Origin: a virus | DNA length: 64,000 bases | IMG/VR virus record: IMGVR_UViG_3300013947_000004 | Direction: 5' to 3' (one strand) | Notes under the pieces: model-generated | Told to the model about the DNA's origin: nothing | Database searches by the model: none | What the model saw: the letters and a program-made list of their open reading frames with translations, nothing else | Part shown: positions 36,201 through 44,684 of the stretch, one piece after another | How the letters are laid out: each line of letters begins with the position of its first letter | Numbering within the stretch: the first letter of the stretch is position 1 | Made by a program: the position numbers and the translations under genes

Positions 36201-39200
36201 GTAGGTATTTTTCAAAAATTTCTTGCGGATTTTTTAAGAATCTGCCGATAGTCCCCAACTTGTTATCAGACTTAATTTTACTGCCAATAATGGAATCTAA
36301 AGCTCCACGGATAATGGCACTTTTTGTGGCGTCATTAGCATCTTTCACTCCGTGTTTCCGTACTTGTTTTCCGACGATTTCTTGTTTTTCCTTCTTTAAC
36401 TGAGCTTTACCAACCTGTTGCATTGGGGAGCTTTCTCTTTCATATACTTCTCCAGATTTGATTTTACTAAATACTTCCTGCACCGATGGTGTGCGTTCGG
36501 AAATAATGCCAAGTTTGGATGCCATATCTTTAATCTTATTCCAAATGCTCTTGAATATGCCAGATTTCGGAATTTCAGATTTGCCTAACGCCCAATCACG
36601 GTATGCGTCAGCTTGCACTTCTTCATTAGTCCCAAAAGCTTTTTCGAGAGCTTTTATTTCGGAATCTTTCAACCCCATCATTTTGGCCACATGGAACGCT
36701 TCGTGGAAAGCCGTTCCTTTCCCTGTACCATTAGCCAACTGAACATAGATATTATCCCCCTTGTTTTGAGTGTATCCGAGGACTGTTACATTCTCCGACC
36801 CTTTAATTCCATGTTCTTCTTTTGCTCTTTGTAACTGCTCCCCAGTAAGGAATACCTTGTTAACAATATCAAAGGTTATCTTTCTACCGTTAGGCATTGT
36901 AAATTCTACAGAAGTGTTTGTCACGTTGGTTATTTTGGCGTTGGGGATTATATCTCGGATTTCTTTTTTTGTATTTTCCATGTGAGATTGTGGCACATCC
37001 CCAAGTTGGGATTTGCCAAAAATTCCATCAAGGACTTCTTTTTCTTCTTTGGAGATTTTCTTCCCTCTTTGTCTTATATTCTTTCTTGCTTCTAATGCCT
37101 TTTCATCATCCGCTTTTTTTATTTCTTCTGATTTTTCAGACTCTTTTCTTTGTATGTCGTAAGCAAGTTTTTCTTTCCCTGTCAGGGATTCTCTAAATCC
37201 GTCAGGCTCCTTCCCCCCAGTAGCGAGGGCGTTTTTGATAGTGACGGTTTTCCCATCTTTGCCAATTTCTATAGAAGTCTTCGAGCTGGATGTAATCTTA
37301 TGTTCCTTTTCGAGGTAGTCCAACACATCATCTTTTTCCGCTTTGCTTAAAGGGACGTCTTTCCCGTGCCAATCTTTTACTTTCCCAGAGGGGATGGTTA
37401 CTTTTGCGTCGAAACTGCCTTCCCCGTCTTTGAATTTAGAATTGGAAATAGTAACAGGATTCGATTTCTTCGATTCCAATCCCTCTACTTTAATTCCCAT
37501 GCTTTCTAACTTAGCTAATTCTTCTTTGGAGTATGTCTCCAACTGTCTCTTTTGTAAGGCAATCTTCCCAGATTTTTTAGCCTTTTTAATTTCGTTTTCT
37601 GCGTCATAGTATTCTTTTACACTGTTAGGGATAACGTCAGGATTATTCAGTCCTTTATCATTTACTTTTTGTCCTTTGAATTTATCGTAAAGAGGTTGGA
37701 ACTCTTTCTTAATTTTAGCAACTTCATCCGGATATAAGAGAGAGTCTATAACAGCGTTACGGTTTCTGTTAGTGGGAACTTTGTCTCCATGGATAGCTTC
37801 ATGCACTCTCTGAATAAACCCTTTCACCTTTTTAGTCCCGCTCATAGCCATACGTGCATTTTTTCTATCTTTAACCGATGTCTTGGGGGTAGGTGTAATC
37901 TGTTCACTAACTTTCGGTGTATTCTGAGGTAGTTGTTCTACTTTCTGAGCTTTGGGAGTTTTTTGAACTTTCCCACCATCTTTAACAGTATTGATTGCAT
38001 CAATAACCCGTTTACGGTCTTTAAGAGAAAGTTTCTTTAATTCTGCGCTAACTGAAGCTCTATTTTCAGGAGTGCTAGGGTAACTACTGGAATCCTTTCC
38101 ATTTTCTTTCAGGTCTTTAATCATAGCATTAGCTGATTTTTTAGACTCTTTCATTACCTTAGCTCTTGCATTTTTTAACTGCTGTTTTTGGTTAACGGAA
38201 ATGGGTAAGGAAACAATTTCTTTGTTATTTTCGTCCATGTATTGAGACTGGACACCGTTCTTCTCTAAATCTTCTTTAATGGATGCTACCTTGTTGAATA
38301 CCTGTTTCCGTTGCATTTTTTTGCTTTGTTTTGTAGCTCTATTTGTTTCAGCCGTGATAACGTTCTGAATTTTTTCATGAGAAGCATCTACCCCAAGTTC
38401 GGATAATTTCTGTTGTGCCGTTTCGGATAATTTACCGTCTGGGGCGTAGTAAATAGAATTAGTGCCATTTTCCCGCAAATCTTTTTTGATTTCGTTTTTA
38501 ACGTCCTTTACTTTAGCTTCTTGGTTAGTTCTTGCTTCTCTAGCCCTTTTTTCTTTTTCTCTTACTTGTTCCCCATATTGGTTAATAAGAGCTACATCAG
38601 GGGACGGAGATGTTGCATTGGAAACGTATATTTCGGGGGGAGTATTCCCCAAAGCTTTATCACGAGCAATTAAATCGTTTGCACTGGCTCGGTTAGCTTC
38701 GTCTACTGCCCGTTTATTGATAATATCAATAACTCCTTTTGCATCTGCTGGAGTTTGGATTTCTGGGAAGTCTGGGGATTTAATTAAACCTTCAATAGCC
38801 TGTTTACGTTCTTGTCCTTTTAATTCGTGTGGGGATTCAGACACTGGGTTTACAGAAAGGCTACGGAAATTTCCGTCAGCATCGGTTGTACCTGCTAACT
38901 GCAAAGCCATATTAGCCAAAGTTTGATTCTTTTCGAACGTGGGGTCAACATTTCCATTTTCGTCTGTAAAGAGAGTTCTTTCGTAAGTGTCACGAGGAGA
39001 TACTGTGCTTAATGTATTTGTTAATTCGTTTACCCTTGCGTCAGTAGGCAAATCAGCTTCACTTGTAATTTCATCATTTACAGTTATTGGACTATTTGTG
39101 ACAAGGTTGTTGTAGAGAGTAGTCGCATCTTCGTTGCTTAAACCCGCTAAAGAATCCCCTTCTGCATTTTCTCGGAGTTCTTCTCTTGCTATATTTATTT

Positions 39201-40365
39201 CTGGGTTTTGGATTTCCCCGATACTGCTTTGTTCTTTGCTATCCTCAATAGATTCGCTAATACGCCCACGTCGATGACCAACCGAACCAAGAAATGCAAG
39301 AGGCCCGAACCCAATAGCGGCTTGTGCCATTTGGTCTTTAGAAGAATCCTGCATATCGAATGGATTGTATTCTATCGGCGTATCGTTGATAGAATAGTTT
39401 TCCAACTCATTCTGCAATCCTTCCGTGTAAGATTCGGCGGCAATACCCGGAATACCACGGGTAGCAAACCGTTTAAGTAATCCCGTATCTGACCAGTCGG
39501 CAACCTTTTCACCTGCATTAGCAATGGCATTTACAAGTCCCGAACCTTCTTTTTCTGCAATCCGTTCACCAGAAGACAATAATCTGCCGGGGGCTTTCAT
39601 AACCCCTTTAACCATACCCATTTCGATACCGTTTTGGATTGTACCTAAGAGCATGTTTACGCCGAAGTCGGTCATTGCGCTATCCATTGCAGAATCTCTA
39701 TCCATCCCTTGAGAGATAGCATCTTGGTATGTCTGTCCAGTTTCCCTAGTAGCATCAATAAAGCCGCCGATGGCGTTCTTGGCGGCAAATTCTCCAACAA
39801 CCTTACCGCCATCAGCTAAAGCTCCAAGAAGTTTACTTCCACCCGATACAGCTCTGCCTACTTCGCTAGCTTTTTCTGCGAGAGAAGCCGCACGCCCTGC
39901 CATGCCTACTGCACGGACGGCACCTCTAGCACTAAGACTTGCAACAGAACTCATCCCGCCAGTAATAGCTAATGCGGCTAAATCAGGAGCTACATTACCA
40001 ACAGTCATACCTATTGTGCTTGTTAAACCTTGCGGGTCGGTAACATATTCCCAAGGATTGCTCTTTATATCTTCCCAAGAATATTCTTTTGTGGGTGCTC
40101 TGCCATATTCTAAACTCCGCCCAAGGTTAGAGAGTCCCTCCCCGATACCAATATCGGGAGTGCCTAATTTATCGCCAAGGACATCTAAGCCAGCACCAAA
40201 AGTGTCTAAAGTTCCGCCGAGTCCGTATATTGCTGAATTTAAATAACTGTCAAGGAATCCCCCATCCCCGTAATGGGGGGTAGGGGCTAAGTCTGGATTA
40301 AGGGCGTCATTTCCGAACGCTGAACTTACAGCATAACTATATGGGTATGCACCTAAAAGTGCCAA
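33244..40365 (-). CDS. giant virion or ejected protein (2373 aa), tape-measure/internal-core-like, with HExxH zincin motif
   Basis: TTG start. Gly/Ala-rich hydrophobic N-terminus, a K/E-rich region with three ~55-aa KDLxENG repeats, FHEAFHV at nt 36691-36705, and hydrophobic segments near the C-terminus. Confidence 0.6.
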   Translation of the reverse strand: MALLGAYPYSYAVSSAFGNDALNPDLAPTPHYGDGGFLDSYLNSAIYGLGGTLDTFGAGLDVLGDKLGTPDIGIGEGLSNLGRSLEYGRAPTKEYSWEDIKSNPWEYVTDPQGLTSTIGMTVGNVAPDLAALAITGGMSSVASLSARGAVRAVGMAGRAASLAEKASEVGRAVSGGSKLLGALADGGKVVGEFAAKNAIGGFIDATRETGQTYQDAISQGMDRDSAMDSAMTDFGVNMLLGTIQNGIEMGMVKGVMKAPGRLLSSGERIAEKEGSGLVNAIANAGEKVADWSDTGLLKRFATRGIPGIAAESYTEGLQNELENYSINDTPIEYNPFDMQDSSKDQMAQAAIGFGPLAFLGSVGHRRGRISESIEDSKEQSSIGEIQNPEINIAREELRENAEGDSLAGLSNEDATTLYNNLVTNSPITVNDEITSEADLPTDARVNELTNTLSTVSPRDTYERTLFTDENGNVDPTFEKNQTLANMALQLAGTTDADGNFRSLSVNPVSESPHELKGQERKQAIEGLIKSPDFPEIQTPADAKGVIDIINKRAVDEANRASANDLIARDKALGNTPPEIYVSNATSPSPDVALINQYGEQVREKEKRAREARTNQEAKVKDVKNEIKKDLRENGTNSIYYAPDGKLSETAQQKLSELGVDASHEKIQNVITAETNRATKQSKKMQRKQVFNKVASIKEDLEKNGVQSQYMDENNKEIVSLPISVNQKQQLKNARAKVMKESKKSANAMIKDLKENGKDSSSYPSTPENRASVSAELKKLSLKDRKRVIDAINTVKDGGKVQKTPKAQKVEQLPQNTPKVSEQITPTPKTSVKDRKNARMAMSGTKKVKGFIQRVHEAIHGDKVPTNRNRNAVIDSLLYPDEVAKIKKEFQPLYDKFKGQKVNDKGLNNPDVIPNSVKEYYDAENEIKKAKKSGKIALQKRQLETYSKEELAKLESMGIKVEGLESKKSNPVTISNSKFKDGEGSFDAKVTIPSGKVKDWHGKDVPLSKAEKDDVLDYLEKEHKITSSSKTSIEIGKDGKTVTIKNALATGGKEPDGFRESLTGKEKLAYDIQRKESEKSEEIKKADDEKALEARKNIRQRGKKISKEEKEVLDGIFGKSQLGDVPQSHMENTKKEIRDIIPNAKITNVTNTSVEFTMPNGRKITFDIVNKVFLTGEQLQRAKEEHGIKGSENVTVLGYTQNKGDNIYVQLANGTGKGTAFHEAFHVAKMMGLKDSEIKALEKAFGTNEEVQADAYRDWALGKSEIPKSGIFKSIWNKIKDMASKLGIISERTPSVQEVFSKIKSGEVYERESSPMQQVGKAQLKKEKQEIVGKQVRKHGVKDANDATKSAIIRGALDSIIGSKIKSDNKLGTIGRFLKNPQEIFEKYLPKKARHIYELADEAYRKSRDKTLEYTQKYLDIRKGLNKSQIAALDRLILHADKMGRSPMQVQKIGNVYLALDHNGYIEHYKSSVEAAKKVAELKKSGEYKMVGSLRDSLEDAGSERNRGFTVYALSKGSSAFRSEESANSFAKRNYARAVTGMLNQIDGRYGDSSYKPENIKSVINAFAKNEKFFDDIYNDSVRAAIDAGAATKLPKKRNGYFPHVHLPYVVMEKDSDGSWVRTNSFYNALDAEEYVQNINKGAEDGEIKAKSFKMTPMDTVALSTKLNSSERLTPKQIEELREEGYLKDSDDVAEGEYNNQLKRAMLSKIFKDKDVIPVKDVMDRANTIMKKWNSNTKNAIHNRVVEMVKAQMKNTKLIDKLRRRTSETISKDELSMLINNANMKAKFNPYFQGRLDNPETMNGFSKNVEDSTWRYLGTMANYVAKAKFKAEATAAYKEMYGRDVNDPPATNEQKFLKTYIKTIEAPRSVSAFDNLVNSVMTDFIGKIENRTGAIGRFARRHHTDTPYFDLTRKVIRTQNYTKLGMANPSAMIVQAAQLLNANAKIGEKYLLQGIKLQGKKDTYDKLFKHVGINDRSIAIEAEDIGHTPGAFEKKRKVLGGHSLEDVAEKSMYFFNKGDIFARKATAIGAYIKGKDNFDALPKDKKDALYKSIVKKSNGKISMEDVKEKYAMDYAKKTVTETNFDYSPVNSPQAFAMAGQTGKLLLQFQKYPLFTINFMRNNTLKENVKFLVPMLILTGATGAPAADLFDDVIDSVTGTSPGLMMRKAMIDWAGGSASKKALVNVALYGAPTLAGVNLSSRIGMGDALTPSLGPTYSTAKGVGQAIMGAESVPAAFTGVLKQIAPRAGQIQSAISGDYKNSYGDTVSHYSATDRFMKLLGFKPVSENNAADANKVLGVMKKKYTAEVAKAKQEYIKNPNGENYDALKIYGMTDSQIVKVLKTKDTTSIDMKMKSIPKNNKELQSLAKSAKAFSE

Positions 40366-40457
40366 ATTAAACCACCGCCTTGTCTAAATAAAAACATTAG
40401 AATGTCACGTCATAGAATGCTTAAAATTGTCAAAATCACCCTTCTGGAGGGCATTTT

Positions 40458-40486
40458 TTAGGGGTAACTATCTCTCTAGGTATAAT
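40458..40486 (+). promoter_or_regulatory. promoter box copy C (TTAGGG-17-TATAAT), antisense to the late operon
   Basis: TTTTTTAGGGGTAAC-N12-TATAAT, in the gap between 40523..41893 and the giant gene. Confidence 0.45.
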
Positions 40487-40522
40487 TGCCCTAAAGAAAA
40501 AGTTACTCTTTAAAAATAGCTT

Positions 40523-41893
40523 CTACAGCCCGTAATCGCTCCAATTAATACCGTTGTTTACGTCGTCGTAGTTGTCACCATAAGCCGCTTGCATAAGAGC
40601 CTGTAATGCCTCTTTATTCTTAGCGGTTGGGTCACCGTTAGCTATAGCTGTAGCATTTTTTTGGAGGAGAGAGGTTGCATCACTCATATCTGCATAGTAA
40701 TCATCTGGGTCATAGGACTGTCCAAAGGTAGAGTTGAGTATCTGTACAGCTTTCCCGTAAGCCGCTGATGTGACTGGGTTATCTTCTCCCGGATGGTTCT
40801 TTTCCCAATTATCGTGAAGCTCAATAATAGTTTTCGCATTACTAAACGTTGCTCCTTTGGCACCACCAGAGCTCCCAGAGCCTCCGGAACTCCCACCACC
40901 TCTTGATAATGCGGCGGCAAGTTTTTGTTGTGATAACTGGAACTGTTTATCAGCCAAATCCTTCTTGAGGTCAAATTCTTTTTGTTTCCATTCATCCGCT
41001 TTCTTCTGTTTTTCGACTTCGAAGTTGTAATTCCGTTCTGCATTATTAAGGGCAATTTGTTTCCCAAGCAAGTCAGAGGAACTGATAAACTGGTCGGAGT
41101 CATCTGGAACCCCAATCCCAAACATCTTGCCGAGAGCGGAATAGGCACGGCGATTATCTACGCTCCCAGATTGGTTGATAAGATTAGCCAACTGGATAGC
41201 TTGGTTCAATCTCTGCTGTTTAGTTTCTGCATCTACACGAGCTTTGAGGTCTGCGTCACGTAGAGCCATTAATTTGTCGGAGTGTGGTTTAAGATATTGG
41301 TATACGTCTACGCCATGGGACAAAGCGTCTAGGCTGTAATCTTCATGAGTAAGGAAGTCATTCAAACGTTGGTTTTCATAACTTGGAGTACTCTGACCGA
41401 GGATACTTTGGATGGATTGCTGGTCGAATCGTTCATTAGGATTGCTTACTCTAAGGTATGCTTTTAAGTTTAAAAACGGATTACCCTGAGAATCCTTCGC
41501 TTGGAAGTTAAATCCTCCGTTCTGTCCTCCACCTGTCTTGATAATTGCCGTAGGTTGTAAATTTCCCATTGATTCTGCGTCACTCCCTCTCACGATTTGG
41601 TTTTGGGAACTCGAATTTCCCCAATAACCGCCTGACCCATCTGCTAATGTAGCGTGGTCATTGTTTCCATATATATATACGTCGTTAGGACTAGCCGCAC
41701 CTTTAGCATACGGGATAATAGGTATTCCCGCATTACGGGCGTCTGAAACTAATCCTTCAACTGAAAATTGTCCGTTATTATATTCATTAGCCAAGAAGGG
41801 GGAGTTACCAGCCCCCATCAAACCAACAGCTTCAACGCAACCGTTAGTTCCATTTCTCATTGTCTGTCCTAAAAATTGGTCTGCGTAACTCAT
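40523..41893 (-). CDS. virion protein with putative N-terminal Cys-peptidase-like domain and a shared C-terminal module
   Basis: NGCVEAVG...NNDHA may be a Cys/His pair. From FNFQAKD onward it is homologous to 41890..42861. Confidence 0.45.
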   Translation of the reverse strand: MSYADQFLGQTMRNGTNGCVEAVGLMGAGNSPFLANEYNNGQFSVEGLVSDARNAGIPIIPYAKGAASPNDVYIYGNNDHATLADGSGGYWGNSSSQNQIVRGSDAESMGNLQPTAIIKTGGGQNGGFNFQAKDSQGNPFLNLKAYLRVSNPNERFDQQSIQSILGQSTPSYENQRLNDFLTHEDYSLDALSHGVDVYQYLKPHSDKLMALRDADLKARVDAETKQQRLNQAIQLANLINQSGSVDNRRAYSALGKMFGIGVPDDSDQFISSSDLLGKQIALNNAERNYNFEVEKQKKADEWKQKEFDLKKDLADKQFQLSQQKLAAALSRGGGSSGGSGSSGGAKGATFSNAKTIIELHDNWEKNHPGEDNPVTSAAYGKAVQILNSTFGQSYDPDDYYADMSDATSLLQKNATAIANGDPTAKNKEALQALMQAAYGDNYDDVNNGINWSDYGL

Positions 41894-42861
41894 TTCCCAC
41901 CTCCATACATTGATAAGAATTTATTAGTCTGGTCTATCTTCTGTTGTAATAAACCAAGGTTTTGATTTTCCTGCTGTTCGGCACTATTTAATTTCTGCTG
42001 TGCTAAATTCCATTTTCTTTCATTTTGCCAATCCTTCATTTTGGCGTCAAACAACTGATTACCAGTTACGTATTGGTCAGTATTACTCGGTACATTAATA
42101 CCTATCTGCTTCATAATAGACGCATATGCATTTTTATTATATATATTGTTACTGTTATTAATAAGGTTGACTGCCGCCATTCCCTTTTGTAAATTATTTT
42201 GCAGTATATTGCTTGCATTGTCACGGGCTATATTTTCCATTCTATACTGCATTAATTTTTCTGCGTGTGGTCGAACATATTGAGCCACATCATATGGGAG
42301 AGAACCCAATGATTTCGTATAGTCTTCATTGGTAAGCCTGTCATTTTCAATAGCTTGTCTGAGGTTTGGGTCTTGCTTGGATAAAATATCGGCAATACCT
42401 TGATAATCAAATTTCTCGTTTGGGTTATTTATCCTAAGATTGGCAATTAAATTAACAAAAGGGATGTTATTAACGTCTTTAGCTTGGAAGTTAAAAGAAG
42501 TCTGTCCTCCCTGCCCCATTTTATCCATAACCTGCTGTACATAACTGGATACTGTGGGATAATTCCCTTCATCAGAGTTAACCGTATAATCGGGGCTACC
42601 AGAGTACCACATAGACGCTACAGCCCGTGGGTCATGATACTTTTCCCAATATTCATTAATAAGGCCCAGAGCCATAGCGTCTTGGTTCTCTGGGCTTTTA
42701 TCGTTCGGGTCTAAACCATAGCGGGAAGCTGTATCTTCCCATGTACTTGGCATGAACCCATATGCACCAAAAGCTCCGGAATCGGAGTTTAGGGCGTTAT
42801 AATTGCCACTAGATTCCTGATTCCGGATAGCATTTGCCAAGAGTTGAACTTGGTTATCCAT
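41890..42861 (-). CDS. virion-associated lytic transglycosylase (SLT domain) with shared C-terminal module
   Basis: NQESSGNYNALNSDSGAFGAYGFMPSTW is an SLT-like catalytic Glu motif. Confidence 0.6.
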   Translation of the reverse strand: MDNQVQLLANAIRNQESSGNYNALNSDSGAFGAYGFMPSTWEDTASRYGLDPNDKSPENQDAMALGLINEYWEKYHDPRAVASMWYSGSPDYTVNSDEGNYPTVSSYVQQVMDKMGQGGQTSFNFQAKDVNNIPFVNLIANLRINNPNEKFDYQGIADILSKQDPNLRQAIENDRLTNEDYTKSLGSLPYDVAQYVRPHAEKLMQYRMENIARDNASNILQNNLQKGMAAVNLINNSNNIYNKNAYASIMKQIGINVPSNTDQYVTGNQLFDAKMKDWQNERKWNLAQQKLNSAEQQENQNLGLLQQKIDQTNKFLSMYGGGK

Positions 42862-42865
42862 TCAA

Positions 42866-43621
42866 TCACCCCTTTACGTAAGGCTGTAAATCATTGGGGT
42901 TATAGTAATTTGTATTTAGGGGGGATGCCTGCGGGAGGGTAAATGTAGGCAGTGTCGGAGTTTGCATTTGAGAAAACATATTTGGATTTAACGCTCCTGC
43001 CTGCTGAGTGGTATTCGGGGCGTTTTTAATGTAATCTGTCCATTCGGTATACTTATTGTCCCCCTTGCCATTGAAAGTCTTCCCTTTATTGGAATTTTCA
43101 AAGTTTCGGTAATAGCCTGCCGTATCTAATCCCATTTTATATGTATCTGTCCCCCAATTGCTAGATTGGAAATCCACATTTGGGTTAATAGTCTGGGCAG
43201 AAGCCATAGCCGCATTCCTAGTAGGTTGTAAATAAGAGGCTTCGCCGCTATGGATTCTATTTAAGGTATTTGTAACACCCATAGAATCAGAAGAGTCAAA
43301 TTTATCATCGTATTTTTTAGCGGCGGCAATCATAGCATCCCAATTCCCTTGAGATTGCTCTTTATTATACTTATCAGCCAATCCTTTAAGGTCGTTGTAT
43401 GCGTCATTTTTTGTTTTGTCGTAAAGGTTATAAGAAGACTGGAATCCTTGATTTGTCTTATCCTGCATAGAAGCCTTCTCACGAGAGTCTTGGTATTGAC
43501 CCTGTTTTTTAGCCTCTCTCATATTCAAATTTTTGTACTGTTTCCCCAATCCCCAACCTAGCATTTTACCCAAGTTATACCAAGGGTCTGTGGATGTATT
43601 GTTTGTGTTTACATAAAACAT
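42866..43621 (-). CDS. N/Q/Y-rich virion protein (251 aa)
   Basis: ORF track; sits in the structural operon. Confidence 0.55.
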   Translation of the reverse strand: MFYVNTNNTSTDPWYNLGKMLGWGLGKQYKNLNMREAKKQGQYQDSREKASMQDKTNQGFQSSYNLYDKTKNDAYNDLKGLADKYNKEQSQGNWDAMIAAAKKYDDKFDSSDSMGVTNTLNRIHSGEASYLQPTRNAAMASAQTINPNVDFQSSNWGTDTYKMGLDTAGYYRNFENSNKGKTFNGKGDNKYTEWTDYIKNAPNTTQQAGALNPNMFSQMQTPTLPTFTLPQASPLNTNYYNPNDLQPYVKG

Positions 43622-43631
43622 GCTTTACCCC

Positions 43632-44327
43632 CTACTTCCTGTTTGCAAAATAACCTGCGGCTCCACTAGTTACACCACCGAGCAAGTTCCCAAGGAAACT
43701 ACCTCCAGAAGAAGTTACGTAACCTCTATTATTGTTGTTGTTGCCAATAGCTGTGAGGGCATCAGTATTTGATTTTTGCGTACCAGTAGCCGCATTGAAA
43801 TAGTCTGTAGCCTGTTGTCTACTTTGGCTCGCCGCCTGCCCAAGAACAGAGAACCCTCGGTTGAGCCAGCTTTCACGTGTGTTCAAGAGATTATTATATG
43901 TATTAACGTCATTGGTATAATCTTTGCTCATTTGGCTACTTAAATTCTTTTGCCAATCGTTAGTAGCGGTATTCATTCGGGAGCTACTAATTACACCATT
44001 CTTCGCTAAGCTTTGCAGTCCAGACCCCATCGTGTTTTCATACAGCCGGTTGTAGTAATTCTGTTTAGCATCCTGCCACTGTTGTGGCAAATTTCCGTCC
44101 AATAATGTGGTCTGTCTATCAAGAATGTCTTGAATATTGTCTTTGTACGTTCCGTATTCTTTATTCCAGTCGGGGTCGAAAGTTTTATTAAGATTGGACA
44201 TTCCTTTATTAATAAGAGCATCAATCCCCGGCTGAATAGACTGCATATACTGAACTTGCTGAGCGTATAGCTGTTTTTCTTCTGGGGAAAGCTCCCTTTC
44301 GTGATACTCTGTTTTACTTTTTCCCAT
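43632..44327 (-). CDS. virion protein (231 aa)
   Basis: ORF track; preferred over the overlapping ORF 44006..44377. Confidence 0.55.
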   Translation of the reverse strand: MGKSKTEYHERELSPEEKQLYAQQVQYMQSIQPGIDALINKGMSNLNKTFDPDWNKEYGTYKDNIQDILDRQTTLLDGNLPQQWQDAKQNYYNRLYENTMGSGLQSLAKNGVISSSRMNTATNDWQKNLSSQMSKDYTNDVNTYNNLLNTRESWLNRGFSVLGQAASQSRQQATDYFNAATGTQKSNTDALTAIGNNNNNRGYVTSSGGSFLGNLLGGVTSGAAGYFANRK

Positions 44328-44684
44328 CTATACCTCCATTCTAAAAACATATTCCGTGGGAGAGTCGTTGTACACATTTGTTTTTATTAACGTAGCCCCA
44401 CTTAATCTAGCATAAGCTTTTGGATTCCTCGTGGTTGTTGTTAGCAAGTAATGCAACCCTACCTTTTTAGCTATCATCTTTATAGCTTTAATAAGCTTTT
44501 TAAAATTTCCCGTTGTGGGGCCTATTACAATCGTGTCGTATAACATTCCATAAGTTGCTATAGAACCATCAGAGAGAAGTATAGCCCATGGATATACATA
44601 TATATCCCAATCATCGAAAAACTTACTTCCAAGTTTCTTTTCGTATTTGTCGATGTGGTCTATCACATCTTTTGTATTAGCCAT
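44328..44684 (-). CDS. hypothetical structural-module protein (118 aa)
   Basis: ORF track. Confidence 0.55.
   Translation of the reverse strand: MANTKDVIDHIDKYEKKLGSKFFDDWDIYVYPWAILLSDGSIATYGMLYDTIVIGPTTGNFKKLIKAIKMIAKKVGLHYLLTTTTRNPKAYARLSGATLIKTNVYNDSPTEYVFRMEV

Noticed and set aside
33794-40246. Many + strand ORFs (62-158 aa) inside the giant gene
   Set aside because: They are antisense shadows of a 7.1-kb minus-strand ORF, with no SDs and Ser/Phe/Leu-rich translations.
40684-41148. 154-aa same-strand ORF inside 40523..41893 (similarly 44006..44377, 58381..58740 and 32220..32459)
   Set aside because: They are embedded alternative frames with no SD and implausible composition. The enclosing ORFs have recognisable motifs or operon context.
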